DNA of 63,790 nucleotides, filler included, from Octopus bimaculoides (taxonomy: Eukaryota), in NCBI RefSeq assembly GCF_001194135.2. It is 6 parts of 5 records of this genome, joined end to end, with 100 filler letters (N's around TTAATTAATTAA, not from the genome) between each part and the next. Parts side by side here need not be neighbours in the genome. Positions count along the whole stretch, not along the records: positions 1 to 8,515 come from NC_068982.1; positions 8,616 to 24,319 come from NC_069007.1; 4 more parts are not named here. The stretch is one strand, 5' to 3'. The notes below the pieces were generated by a model. The model was given only the letters and a program-made list of their open reading frames with translations, did no database searches and was not told the DNA's origin. Shown one piece after another: positions 1-12,432 of the stretch. The position numbers were made by a program, and so were the translations under genes. How positions within the stretch are numbered: position 1 is the stretch's first letter; every line of letters begins with the position of its first letter.

Positions 1-1
1 A

Positions 2-242
2 GTAGGTGCCTTAGGTATAATAAAAAAATATTCAGACAAATACATAACAAAAACACCAGGACTTACAAATATATATAACATACAGAAAATTGCACTACTG
101 GGTACTGCACACATTCTACGCAAAACACTTTCAATACAGTAAACATAAGAGCACCACAGCAAACCACAGCACATACCCAAGGCGCACAGAGCTGCGCTCG
201 GTAGTGAAGTGAAAGCACGTTATAAAAATAAAACTACTGAAC

Positions 243-295
<53 letters not shown>

Positions 296-310
296 TAATA
301 ATAATAATAT
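2..310 (+). mobile_element. 3' end of an R4/Dong-like REL-endonuclease non-LTR retrotransposon (family A): ORF C-terminus, 3'UTR and (ATA)n tail
   Basis: Frame from base 2 reads VGALGIIKKYSDKYITKTPGLTNIYNIQKIALLGTAHILRKTLSIQ* (stop 140-142), a typical REL-clade C-terminus. About 100 nt of UTR and then (ATA)n follow. Near-identical copies lie at 2501-2970 and 36151-36357. Confidence 0.85.
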
Positions 311-468
311 AAGACACTCTATATAGCATTTACCCAGTGAAATAAACTCTAACCAGCAAGCCGAAAAAAAACAAACAAAGCATTACACACTCAACACAAT
401 ACAAGCAGTAACACAACAAAAGACAGCACCACACCTCAAACAATAAAAGAATAACACAATACAATACG
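311..468 (+). mobile_element. 3'UTR fragment of a second R4/Dong-like family (family B)
   Basis: Diverged reverse complement of about 470-560 (aagacactctat..gtgaaataaact..cattacacactcaacac). Confidence 0.65.
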
Positions 469-469
469 C

Positions 470-2461
470 AATTGGGTGTTGAGTGTGTAATGTTTTGGTT
501 TTCTAACTTCCTGGTGGTAGTTTATTTCACTAGATAAATATTTTATAGAGTGTGTCTTGTATTTGTGGGTTGTTTTGTTTAGGTTGTATTATTGAACTGA
601 TAGTGTCTTGCATAGGATGTGGGTTGTTCCTAGCAGGGCTATTTTTTGGACAGTGTGTAGTTTGGAGGATTCAGATATAGCTTCTACATTTTTTTATATG
701 ATTTTTAATCATTCCCAATGCTCCAATCATTATTTGTATTGTTTTTACCTTCATGCCCCACATTTTGAATTCTTCAGTTTTGAGGTCTTTGTACTTCGAC
801 AATTTCTCCATTTCTTCTTTGACAATATTTTGATCAGAAGTGACTACAATGTCTGTTAACTAGCAGGTGTTTTCCCCTCAGTCCTTGACTATTATGTCTG
901 GGCGATTAGCTTTATTACTTTGTCGGTGTGAACCGGCATATCCTAGATGATTGTGCCCTGATAGTTGTCTTGTACCTTGCTTGGCACATGCTTATATCAC
1001 CTGCTGTCAGTTTTGATGTTGTAATGTTGGCATATTGTCCAGTGAATATAACTGGTTACTTTTTCGTGTCTGTATACATATTTAGACTTGGCAATGACTG
1101 GGCAGCCCAAGACGATGTGGTCAACTGTCTCATTGTGCTGGTTGTATATTCTGCATTTAGTGTTGAGACCTGTTTTCATTATTATGTTTTCATAATTGCT
1201 TATAGTCAGGCATTGGTCTAGTACAGCGAGAATCAGTCCTTCCGTTTGGGCTTTTAGTACAGAGCTTTTGAGCCATTGTTGGCTTTTACTTAGGCTCATT
1301 TCCTCTCTGTCAAGCCTTGCAGGGTATTGGCCATGAAGTGATTTTTCTCTCCATTTCTTCTTCAGTATCTTTTGTAATTGAGTTTTCATGTTGTTTTTTG
1401 TCTCTCTACCATTTCTGCTATGTTGTCTTCTGAGATCAGTGTGTCAGTGTAGTTTGCTTCTGTTTTGTATTTTCTCGCCTCCTTGTGTATAGAGAAAAGC
1501 GTTTTCTTTTTCTCATGCATTACTACATGCAGTAGTCTTCTCCTCTTTGTTTCTCAGTACTTTGCTAGTCCAACTGTTATTTTATAGTAGTTTTCTATTT
1601 GCATCAGGCTACGACCTCCTTCTGAGTGGGATAGATATATTCTGTCTGCGTCTGATTTGGGGTGCTGACATCGGTACGCTGTTAGTTTTCTGATTTTTCT
1701 ATCTAAGTTTCTCAGTTCACTGATCTTCCAGTTTATTAAGTTAAAGCTGTAACTTATGACTGGTATGGCGAGCGTGTTTATCTCTAATATCTTATTTTTA
1801 GCATTAAGTTCAGTGTTTATTATTAGTCTAACTCTTCTGTAATACCTTCTTTTAATTTTCTCTTTCATTTTTATGTGTTGTATTTTAGCTGTTTCTTCTA
1901 TTCCTATATATTTGTGTGGGTGGTTGAGGTCTGATTCCCTAATTTCTGTGTCTATGTGGAGTACACTGTTTTCAGTCCTGAATAATTTGCCTCTTCTCGG
2001 TGTGAACCAGCGCATTTGTCCAACCCCATACTCATTCCGATTTCATTCCTGAAACTCTGAACAATTTTGATAAGGATTCTCTGTTCCATAGTGCTTTAGG
2101 TTATCCATGTCCAGGAGATGGTCTATTTTCTGTCTGTAGCACCTATAACCCATGGTAGCTTCGTTTAAAATGTTTGTTAGTGGGATTAGAGAAAGGCAGA
2201 AGAACAGGGATGACAGCGAGTCTCCCTGGAAAATCCCTCTTCTTATGGGTATAGGGTAGGTTTTAATAACTTGTGAGTCATTTTTTAATGTTATACGGGT
2301 ATTAATGTTATACGGGTATTAATGTTATACTGGTTTGCCATTGCATGCTTAATATATTTTAGTAGTGGTGGGGCCAAGTTATTTGTGTGGCGAGCTTCTC
2401 GTATCCATGAATGTGGAATACTGTCGAATGCTTTCTGGTAATCAATCCAAGTCATGTTCAG
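470..2461 (-). mobile_element. 5'-truncated, decayed R4/Dong-like LINE (family B): RT, CCHC knuckle, REL endonuclease
   Basis: Minus-strand motifs in order: IDYQKAFDSIPH (RT3), RGIFQGDSLS (RT4), HLLDMDNLK (decayed YMDD), HKYIGIEE (RT7), CRIYNQHNETVDHIVLGC (zinc knuckle), QKIALLGTTHILCKTLSVQ* (stop 589-591). Frameshifts and stops are present. Confidence 0.88.
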
Positions 2462-2500
2462 TATTATTATCATTATTATCATTATCATTATTATTATTAT

Positions 2501-2970
2501 TGTTCAGTAGTTTTATTTTTATAACGTGCTTTCACTTCACTACCGAGCGCAGCTCTGTGCGCCTTGGGTATGTGCTGTGGTTTGCTGTGGTGCTCTTATG
2601 TTTACTGTATTGAAAGTGCTTTGCGTAGAATGTGTGCAGTACCCAGTAGTGCAATTTTCTGTATGTTATATATATTTGTAAGTCCTGGTGTTTTTGTTAT
2701 GTATTTGTCTGAATATTTTTTTATTATACCTAAGGCACCTACTATGATAGGAATTGTTTCTGTTTTTAGACTCCACATTCGAGTTATCCCTATTTCCAGG
2801 TCTTTGTATTTTGAAAGTTTCTCCATTTCTTTTAGGGAAACGTTGTCATCTGCTGGTATTGATACATCAACTAGAAAGCATTTTTTTTTCTTCATGATCT
2901 TTGACAACTATATCTGGTCTATTTGCCTTAATTTCTCTATCTGTGTGTATTGGCATATCCCAGAGTATGG
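2501..2970 (-). mobile_element. 5'-truncated R4/Dong-like family A copy (REL domain plus 3'UTR) flanked by (TAA)n on both sides
   Basis: ORF 2602-2907: LVDVSIPADDNVSLKEMEKLSKYKDL...IPIIVGALG...GTAHILRK (PD-(D/E)xK REL core). The 3'UTR matches 143-243. Confidence 0.9.
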
Positions 2971-2974
2971 TTGC

Positions 2975-3038
<64 letters not shown>

Positions 3039-3121
3039 TATTATTATTATTATCATCATCATCATCATCATCAACATCATCATCATCATCAACATCATCA
3101 TCATCATCAACATCATCATCA

Positions 3122-3156
<35 letters not shown>

Positions 3157-3157
3157 A
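2975..3157. repeat. Compound (TAT)n/(CAT)n microsatellite
   Basis: Read directly from the sequence. Confidence 0.95.
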
Positions 3158-3914
3158 TAAATTATACGTTAATTCAATGATCGAGGTAGTTCAGCTGATC
3201 AAACAACTGAACACTAATGGTTGGTCAGAAATTCCGACCGAGATCCATTTATAATCATATTTAATCTTCTAGATTCTAAGAACTGAGGAAACAAGTACAT
3301 AGACATGCAGATATTATAAAAATACGAACATAAGAGACACCATCATGACCGTAAAATAACAGTAAAGGGGAAAATGTGCAAAGAAAGTAACGAGAATGAA
3401 CGATAAACATTGGGGGTGATCTGCACAACAGGCTGGATATCTTTGAAAATATAAGATATGGTGGCAAACAAAGGAATTGATAGAAAGACAAATTACACCA
3501 GTTCAGCGGTAAATAACATCAAGTATCTCAGGATTATGAACTGTGTGGAATTATGGGAGAGAGCTAGATCCTGTAGTGGACAGGTCAAAGCTTTTCTTTA
3601 TAATGATAATTTAATATCTATCTGATTATCTACATTTATCTATCTATTTATCTATTTATCATTCTTTCTTTCTTTCTATTTATCTGTCTATCTCTTTTTC
3701 TAACATTCTTTCTATGAAGCAATCACACACACACACACACATACACACACACACACACACACATAATAATATATATCGTTTTTACTTAAAGTTTAATATA
3801 TATANNNNNNNNNNNNNNNNNNNNNNNNNNNNNNNNNNNNNNNNNNNNNNNNNNNNNNNNNNNNNNNNNNNNNNNNNNNNNNNNNNNNNNNNNNNNNNNN
3901 NNTATATATACTCG

Positions 3915-3965
<51 letters not shown>

Positions 3966-4699
3966 TAGTGTGTATATATATATATACATATACATATATA
4001 TATATATATACATACATACGCAAACACAGACATGAACACGCACTGATACACAGACATACATACATGCATACATATACTGATGCATACACATACTGACATA
4101 CAGGCGTGTGTATATACATATATATATATATATAGACATTCACGCATACATATACAAACATACACACACACCCAAACCAAGCGTAATACATACAAGTACA
4201 TGCATACACACAGACGCACATCATCCAAGAATAGCGTTTTCCAATATCTATTTTAGATATATGATTAGCTATTATCGATTCCAACAACCATTCAAAAGAA
4301 TCTTTATATTTTCGTTATTTCATATTTTTACCGCTTGCGCAGGCTTTTAGTCAAGTTATAGCTTTGACTAGAAGTGCTATCATAGAAATACCATCTCTTG
4401 TTCACTAATTGAAAACTATTTACTACATATCACTGCAACAAAACTTCTCTTGTAGAAAACTGCGGCTCAGTGTCCGACGAGTGACCAAACGAGTTAACGA
4501 TGGGGTTTATTTTATGTGCTAAAAATAGCAGCGACATATATTTTAAGGCCATGGTCTACCATATCAAGTGAAATGTATACATTGGATAATGTATGTCTGT
4601 GAGTTATTCTGTGCCTGAAAAGGAAGACTGGTTGGATATTATAGCTAGAAGGCTTTTCATTTGTTTATGTTCAGAAGCACCATAGGAGCTAAACAATAA

Positions 4700-4758
4700 G
4701 AACAGCAACAACAACAACAATAACAACAACAACATCAACAACACCAACAACAACAACA

Positions 4759-4855
<97 letters not shown>
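4700..4855. repeat. (CAA)n-(CTA)n-(TAG)n compound microsatellite with a perfect palindrome
   Basis: (CTA)n switches to (TAG)n at CTAG 4814-4817. Confidence 0.95.
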
Positions 4856-5983
4856 CATAGATACTACTACAGATAACAATTATACTACTGCTATAAGTAC
4901 AATTACCATTACTTCTACAACAACTACTTATAGGACCATTAAAGCAATTGCATTACTCTATCCTACTACTAAAAATACTATTAGCACTACTAATGCCATA
5001 ACAACTACTACTATTACATATAGATTACTACAATAACTACTTCTATACCTACCACAACAAGAGATACAATTACACTACTACTACTACTGCTACTACTACT
5101 ACTATTACAAATATTACTCCTACAATGAAGAAATTTAATCTCTGAGAATTTCACAGCATCATTCCTTCTAACGGTGTGTTTTCATTTAGATGACACACAA
5201 ACGGTGACATTGATTTAATGTTGTTTCAATTGCGTGAAACGAGTTTTTCTATAGCTCAGCAATATTCATTTGCCAAGCATGTATACTTTCAAAGTTCTAT
5301 TCAAAGTTTCCAACACATCGAGGTATGAATTTCATTTAAGCAGGTGACAATTTGATGCGCGACATTGATGAGTTTCAAGAAAGGCGAAATATATTTGTCG
5401 CTCTCATAAATCACTGCAGCAATGATATTCGGCTCACTCCAATATGGAGACTGGAGCACAGTTTTTAAATGAGTCTATGAAGAGATTTTATTTCAGACAA
5501 TTCGACCGCATCATATCTTCTAACGATGTGCTTATATTTAGTATGATGCTAGAGAGCGATAATATCCAAACCTTCGCACCTTCCCATACCATCTTTCCTT
5601 CCACTCCAAGCTCCTGTTCACTCCTTTCCCCTTCCCTTTCTGTTCTTAACCTTGCCCAACTCCTCTCTCCTGAAACACGTTACTCCAGTCACGTCAAGAG
5701 CCTTTCTCTTTCTTTTAAATGTTAAACTAATACCATATTAGTTAATAATTTGTGCTTCGTCTGCATTGGCTTCTTTCATTGAGTTCATTGCCTTCATTAT
5801 ACCCGGGGTAGCGGGAACTAGATACAAGCTAGGACTACGAAACTGGCTTGATCACGTGGGTAAGAATGTCTGATTGTTGAATGGTCCGAAACACCTCATG
5901 AGCCAACGAAACATCACTGATGATGTGTGCAAGTGCATTGCAGCATGATCTATGGCCAATTTAGATAAACGTGTACGTATACG

Positions 5984-6328
5984 GGCGCAGGAGTGGCTAT
6001 CTGGTAAGTAGCATGCTTACCAAACACATGGTTCCGGGTTCAGTTCCACTGCGTGGTACGTTGGGCAAGTGTCTTCTACTATACCCTCGGGCCGACCAAA
6101 GCCTTGTGAATGGATTTGGTAGATGGAAACTGAAAGAAGCCCGTCGTATATATATATATATATTTCTATATACACTTATGTATTATGTATATGTATATGT
6201 TTGTATGTCTGTGTTTGTATCCCCACCATCGCTTGACAATGGATGTTGCTGTGTTTACGTCTCCGTAAGTTAGCGGTTCGGCAAAAGAATCGATAGAATA
6301 AGTACTATGTTCACAAAAGAATAAGTCC
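5984..6328 (+). mobile_element. tRNA-derived SINE, family 1 (head GGCGCAGGAGTGGCTGTGTGGTAAG, internal (TA)n)
   Basis: A-box/B-box-like head (TGGCT..TGG, GGTTCAGTTCC). Homologous copies at 10160, 25011, 47402 and 57212. Runs into a gap. Confidence 0.9.
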
Positions 6329-6679
6329 NNNNNNNNNNNNNNNNNNNNNNNNNNNNNNNNNNNNNNNNNNNNNNNNNNNNNNNNNNNNNNNNNNNNNNNN
6401 NNNNNNNNNNNNNNNNNNNNNNNNNNNNNNNNNNNNNNNNNNNNNNNNNNNNNNNNNNNNNNNNNNNNNNNNNNNNNNNNNNNNNNNNNNNNNNNNNNNN
6501 NNNNNNNNNNNNNNNNNNNNNNNNNNNNNNNNNNNNNNNNNNNNNNNNNNNNNNNNNNNNNNNNNNNNNNNNNNNNNNNNNNNNNNNNNNNNNNNNNNNN
6601 NNNNNNNNNNNNNNNNNNNNNNNNNNNNGTATGTATGTATGTATGTATGTATGTATGTATGTATGTACATTATACATAT

Positions 6680-8490
6680 ATAATCCCCTTCGCGATGCAA
6701 CTAAAAACCAATATAGTTAAACCTATAAGGAGCCTTATAAATAAGCACTTTAATATGTATACGAAATACTCAGAAATCTTTAGTAATAAAATTAGAATAG
6801 GCCATAGCCTAACTAGTAACTTACCTGCTATTATAGCCTCCTTTAACAACAAAAAAGCTAGACCCCTTCTACGAAACTAGGAAGAATAACAATAATAACC
6901 ACAACAACCAATCGGTTGATATAATAAGCGATCCCCCAAATAACTCGCCCTCTAAAAATACGGACTACCACCTTGTAAATGATAATCCCCATCACCATAT
7001 TATAGGTACTGATAATCTCACTAATCTATGTGGTTGCAGTGATAAAAATACTTGTAAATTCATGAATAAATGTAAAACTAAGAATGTAATCTACCAATGT
7101 GATGTATTCTCCAATAATTACAAGAATACTAAAAATGAAATTAAGCTTAGATATAATTCCCATCTCTGAAGCTTCAGGAATAGAAATAAGATTAACTCTA
7201 CAGGATTAAGCAGTTACATCTGGGAACTTAAAGATAATAATATTAATTATAGATTAGAATGGCGCATCCTAACCAAAACATCTTCATACAACCTTAAAAA
7301 CAAACGCTGCAATTTATGCATAAAGGAGAAATTCTTCATTTTAATGTTCTAATCAGAATTGCTTAATAAACGAGACGAGAAATATTTCACATGCTTAAAG
7401 ATAAATTCTTATTCTCTAAATACCACTAATACCTACCTTACATTACTGTTTATTAGCTGACTTGTCTAACCTTTGATTACCTGACTTGTCTAACCTTTGA
7501 TTACCTCCCTTTGACAATCCCCTAACCACATAGCACGACATAATATCATAAACCACAATTATATTCAATTTCCTTAGATCAACTGAATTATTTATCTTAG
7601 ATGCACGATGTACACCCGGAGCTATAATTCTTTTTAATATATTCACATTAAAGTTAGATCACTAACATACTAATTGCTAGTGCTGCCATTAACATATATA
7701 CGATTAAACGAGCAATTTATCCTCTTCTAGCCGAGCTGATTTGTTTTAATTATATTAACAAGTAGTAAACCCTGGCCACATATAACAACACTTTATTTAT
7801 TATACCTATTTACGTAACCCAGATTTATACCGTATATCGCACTTAAACTTTTAAGATCGTCCTTAATCTTTAACTAGGGCATTTGTAATCATAGCGACTT
7901 ATCTAGTGAACTCAAATAACGTTATTTGTTACGATTAATGATACTGGATATTACTACCAGGTATAACTCTTTCGACTAACTCCGCCGGTCAACTGGTCAT
8001 TTTCCCCACTCACTGCTCCATTTATCTACTTGAAGCAACTGTAGACACACGCACCATCTTTTAAGGACACAAAAATGTAAGCCTAAAGACCTAAAGAATC
8101 TTTTTCTTTTTCCTTTTCTTTTTTCCTTTTCTTTTCTCCTGTTAACCTTCGATCTCGTGTCAATATTCCTCTGATAAAGTTCAAATCATTCTGATGATGT
8201 TTGTTACAAGGAACGATGTAAACGCAAGTTTACCTAAAAAATGACAAACTGAAACAGCTGTAAATGTTATTTTAACCATAATTAAACTATGATCATTCAA
8301 TACTAATGATCAACTTCTAATTGTTACTTGTTGCTCCATTTCCTTTCTTATCTGAATATATTAAACCACGGTTTATCCTTTAAATTACCGACTACTGTTA
8401 ACCTTAAAACAAGGCCTATACATAGTTAGGGAATGCACCAGTAGAGCCTACGGATGCATTTATCCCTTAGACGGTTGCGTAACCTCTAAC
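6680..8490 (+). mobile_element. Decayed Penelope-like element (Naiad-like): linker, GIY-YIG endonuclease and 3' pseudo-LTR region
   Basis: PFAMQLKTNIVKPIRSLINKHF..IFSNKIRIGHS (linker), then CGCSDKNTCKFMNKCKTKNVIYQC, NSTGLSSYIWELKD and CNLCIKEK..LLNKRDE (about 7030-7400, with stops). A hammerhead motif lies downstream. Confidence 0.8.
8187..8266 (+). ncRNA. Type I hammerhead ribozyme motif with enlarged, branched stem II
   Basis: CATT-CTGATGA(8191-8197)-T-GTTTGTTA...TGACAAAC-T-GAAA(8251-8254)-CAGCTG-TA-AATG. Stem I is CATT/AATG and the cleavage triplet is GUA. Internal hairpin GTAAAC-GCAA-GTTTAC at 8218-8233. Confidence 0.7.
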
Positions 8491-8515
8491 TCATAATTTC
8501 TCTCTCTCTCTCTCT

Positions 8516-8615
8516 NNNNNNNNNNNNNNNNNNNNNNNNNNNNNNNNNNNNNNNNNNNNTTAATTAATTAANNNNNNNNNNNNNNNNNNNNNNNNNNNNN
8601 NNNNNNNNNNNNNNN
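8516..8615. other. Artificial scaffold-join spacer N44-TTAATTAATTAA-N44 (also 24320-24419, 35519-35618, 44184-44283, 57503-57602)
   Basis: Five identical 100-nt constructs. The 12-mer gives stop codons in all six frames. Confidence 0.93.
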
Positions 8616-10031
8616 TTTATTTAAGTATATCGGAACTATTTTTGTATTCAAGTGCGTGTCTGTGAAAACTTATGATTGCATGTGTATGTATGTATATATG
8701 TATGTATGAATGTATGTATGTGTGTGTGTATTTGTGGATGTATGTATGTATGTATGTATGTATGTATATGTATCTATGTATGTATGTATGTTTGTATCTG
8801 AACAAGTGTGATTTTTTTTAAATATGTGTATGTGTGTGAATGCGCATCTATGTGTGTGTTTGTGAATGCGTATGATGTGTACACTTCAGTGCATGGCTTT
8901 ACCTGTGTGTGGAAATCATGTGTATGTATATATGCATGCATGTATGTATGTATGTATGTATGTATGTGTTTGTGTGTGTGTTCGTGTGTAGGTGTATCTA
9001 CGTGTTTTAAATACGTGTGATGTGTACGATTCAATTAATGGCTGCAGGTATCCGTCGATTGCACGAGAGTGTCCTTATGTGGGTGTGTGTGTGTCTGCGC
9101 ATATGTATGTGTGTGTGCACGTGTGTGTGCGTGCGATGAAACAGCGCGTTCGATCTGATATGTGTGTTGCAGCATGAGTCTCCGAGGAATTCTTAGCTCT
9201 AATATATGCACCGTCATGTAAGCCCAACAAGAACAGCAACAACAAGAATAACAAGAACAACAAGAACAACAACAAGACAAACAACAACAACGACAACATC
9301 AAATAGCAAGAAAAACAAAAAGTAAACTGAAACCAAATTCTTTGCAATCTAAATATAATCACGTGAGGTATTTTAGTTTTATTCTTCTCGCTGGTTAAAA
9401 ATATGTCTGTCCTCAGAGGAGAGTCAAGGATTTCATAAAAGGTGTGTGTGATTGTGTGAAACGATTTGAACAATTCTGCGAATATTTCTGACAAAAATTT
9501 TGGATCTATCTTCTTTACTACTTTACTCCTGTCTTAAGTTTTAAAGATTTCGTAGCGTTGACAGATTAGGAAGAAGGTTTGGCACTCGTTTATTTCATCA
9601 CAAGATTTTGGATTTAACAAATACGGTACTCGTCTTATCTTGTCTCAAGGATTTAGATTTGAAAGAGCAAGGCAATGAGTAATCCTACGACGGACTGGCG
9701 TCCCATCCAGGGGGAAGAATTTGAATATGAGAAGGACTGTGAAAGAGTTTTCACGAAAATGTTACTTCTTTCGTTTACTCGTATCTCTTATATTGGAGAT
9801 TATAATAGGTTTCATTGTTTTTGCAAAGAGAGTACTTCAGGTTTTGAGAGAATAGGGAGAGTCAGACTATTAATCATCCAGGTGTTAATTTTCATTTATT
9901 ATCCAAAGATAATCCGGCGTCCCTTTTTAGAAAAAGACATCGCTGATGAAGTAGAACCGGAGTATTGGTTCACAAAGTAAATCTGAATGCCTTGCGACAA
10001 GGTAAACTAAATACTAAACACTCCTTCCTCA

Positions 10032-10595
10032 CAGTAATGCCTCGAATATTGCGGGTGTTACGTTCTAAAGCCCCATCCCCGCGATAGGTGAAAATCCGCG
10101 AAGTAGAAACAGTACTGTACTGTATATTCTTTATTATTATTATTCTTATAATTTGTATAGGCGCAGGAGTGGCTGTGTGGTAAGTAGCTTGCTTACTAAC
10201 CACGTGGTTCCGGGTTCAGTCCTACTGCGTGGCACCTTGGGCAAGTGTCTTCTACTATAGCCTCGGGCCGACCAAAGCCTTGTGGGTGGATTTGGTAGAC
10301 GGAAACTGAAAGAAGCCCGTCATATATATGTATATATGTATGTGTGTGTATATGTTTGTGTGCCTGTATTTGTCCCCCCCCCCAACTTCGCTTGACAACC
10401 GTTGCTGGTGTGTTTACGTCCCCGTAACTTAGCGGTTCGGCAAAAAGAGACCGATAGAATAAGTACTAGGCTTCAAAAAATAAGTCCTGGGGTCGATTTG
10501 CTCGACTAAAGGCGGTGCCCCAGCATGGCCGCAGTCAAATGACTGAAACAAGTAAAAGAGTAAAAGAGTAAAGAGTATATATTTATTTTATTACA
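10032..10595 (+). mobile_element. pogo/Tigger-like MITE fragment interrupted by a family 1 SINE
   Basis: Starts CAGTAATGCCTCG. 10075-10159 matches 39564-39645 (ccccgcgataggtgaaa..cgaagtagaaacagtactgtactg), and the match resumes briefly after the SINE. Confidence 0.7.
10160..10577 (+). mobile_element. Full-length family 1 tRNA-SINE with (GTAAAAGA)n tail
   Basis: Complete head, body and tail, with a short TATA duplication at both ends. Confidence 0.92.
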
Positions 10596-10680
10596 GTGGA
10601 GGCGCAATGGGCCAGTGGTTAGAGAAGAGTACTCGCGGTCGTGGGATCGCAGTTTCGATTCTAAAAAGGGACGCCGAATT
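10596..10680 (+). mobile_element. Truncated head of tRNA-SINE family 2
   Basis: GGAGGCGCAATGGGCCAGTGGTTAG..TTTCGATTC, homologous to the heads at 11196 and 13917. Confidence 0.75.
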
Positions 10681-11193
10681 ATCTAATATAAGACGCAGAA
10701 GGTAAGATTTCAGAAGACGCCGCATAATGATATTCATTGTGCAAACCAACGTCATCCTGTATTGCGTTCGCAATTGCGCCAATTATTCACACTTTACGAA
10801 TATGACAAGTCCAAAGTCGCAGTTCTTCAGAATAAAATGGAATTGTACTGGCATAGGGGATTATTGGAAACATCCAAGTGATGTTGTGAGACATTACGCT
10901 GAACGCAGTTATAGTAAATCCCGTTTGAAGCTAATCACAAATGACACTATAAAAATTAACTAAGGATGTCAAATTTTCGCGCCTAATAATAGCGGTCAAA
11001 GTAAAATTTATGACAGAATTCCTTTGGTGATTAAATTACACAGAAACATCGGAAGTAATTCAAGGATATTGCGTAGCTGTTGTCAATATATTTTAACAGC
11101 TGTGGCAAGTCTGAGTTTTTTCTGAGCCTCTGCCGAGCGAGAGTCTTCTCTTAAAGGTCCAGCCTCCTTTTCACTCTTACTACCAGAGCTTCT

Positions 11194-11567
11194 GTGGAAG
11201 CGCAATGGCCCAGAGGTTAGGGCAGCGAACTCGCGGTCGTAAGATCGTGGTTTCGATTCCCAGACCGGGCGTTGTGAGTGTTTATTGAGCGAAAACACCT
11301 AAATTTCCACGAGGTTCCGGCAGGGGATGGTGGCGAAGGCTGCTGTACTCTTTCACCACAACTTTCTCTCACTCTTTCATCCTGTTTCTGTTTTCAAAGG
11401 GCCAGCCTTGTCACAATCAGTCACACTGAATCTCCCCGAGAACTATGTAAAGGGTACACGTGTCTGTGGAGTGCTCAGCCACTTGCACGTTAATTTCACG
11501 AGCAGGCTGTTCCGTTGATCGGATCCACTGGAACACTCGTCGTCGTAACCGACGGGGTGCCAACCAT
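11194..11567 (+). mobile_element. tRNA-SINE family 2 head with an alternative 3' module
   Basis: A/B boxes present. 10-bp TSD CAGAG(C/T)TTCT at 11184-11193 and 11568-11577. Confidence 0.85.
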
Positions 11568-12226
11568 CAGAGTTTCTAGGCAGACTTTTGTCTCATGAAC
11601 TGAGGTAATGTAATTTTCGTCACCATCGTCATAACTAGTATTATTATTTGACATCTAGTAGTTTCCGTTTACTTTCTATTGCATCAATTGCTGCACTCTT
11701 ATGCTGGTGAAGTGTGCGCTGCATTTTATTTATTATTATTTTTTATTTTATTTTATTTTCCCCCCTTTTCGGGGAATATTATATTTCATCAATATGCTTT
11801 GTTATGGGGTTTGTATGTATTTGGGTGTGTGCATAGTTTAGGTTAGTTAAAACATGTTTGCGATAATAAATGTCACGTGGTGGATATAAACACTGTCTAA
11901 TACATTAGTATATGCTTTTCATTTGAAACACTGTGAATCATTTTGGAGATTTATTGTTTGAATAGCAAGTTTTAAAATATGGATAGTCGCATGAGAGACG
12001 CAGAACGTGAGCCTCAACATAGGAGAGAACGATTGCGCGAGGACTAGCAGGAGGAAATACGGATTAAAAATCACGCGAGGATGAGACACAGAAGCGAAAT
12101 AAATCAGCAAACGATAGAACAAATGAGCCAGGACCAAAGAGAAGTGTATTTTGAAAGTAAGAGAGTTAGAGATCAAGAGAATTGAGAACACACGAGTCAA
12201 GAGCAAAGGCAGTTGTACTTAGAAAA

Positions 12227-12395
12227 TATGAGAAACAACAGAGTTCAAGAAAGAAGGCAACATGTGGACGAAGATGAAAAGCAAAAATGCCTTCAAGATA
12301 TGAGAAACAGAGTTCAAGAAAGAAGGCAACATGTGGACGAGGATGAAAAGCAGAAATACCTTCAAGATATGAGAAATAGAGTTCAAGAAAGAAGG
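12227..12395 (+). repeat. 69-bp coding tandem repeat (about 2.4 copies) in the Helitron N-terminal region
   Basis: Translates to the 23-aa unit MRNRVQERRQHVDEDEKQK(C/Y)LQD. Confidence 0.85.
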
Positions 12396-12432
12396 AAAAA
12401 TATAGAAGAAGCTGAAACACAGAATTATCTTA

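Noticed and set aside
7030-7400. Selenocysteine-encoding Naiad (in-frame TGA in the GIY-YIG frame)
   Set aside because: The TGA (HL*SF) is not at a conserved Cys position. Cys positions use TGT/TGC in this copy and the 28 kb copy, and I could not identify a SECIS.
8560-8571. Recurrent TTAATTAATTAA motif (five copies) that could look like a conserved site or repeat
   Set aside because: It is always centred in exactly 44+44 Ns and gives stops in six frames, so it is an assembly linker.
10160-10230. tRNA-like sequences (also 11196, 12663, 13917)
   Set aside because: They are SINE heads continuing into SINE bodies with TSDs, not tRNA genes.
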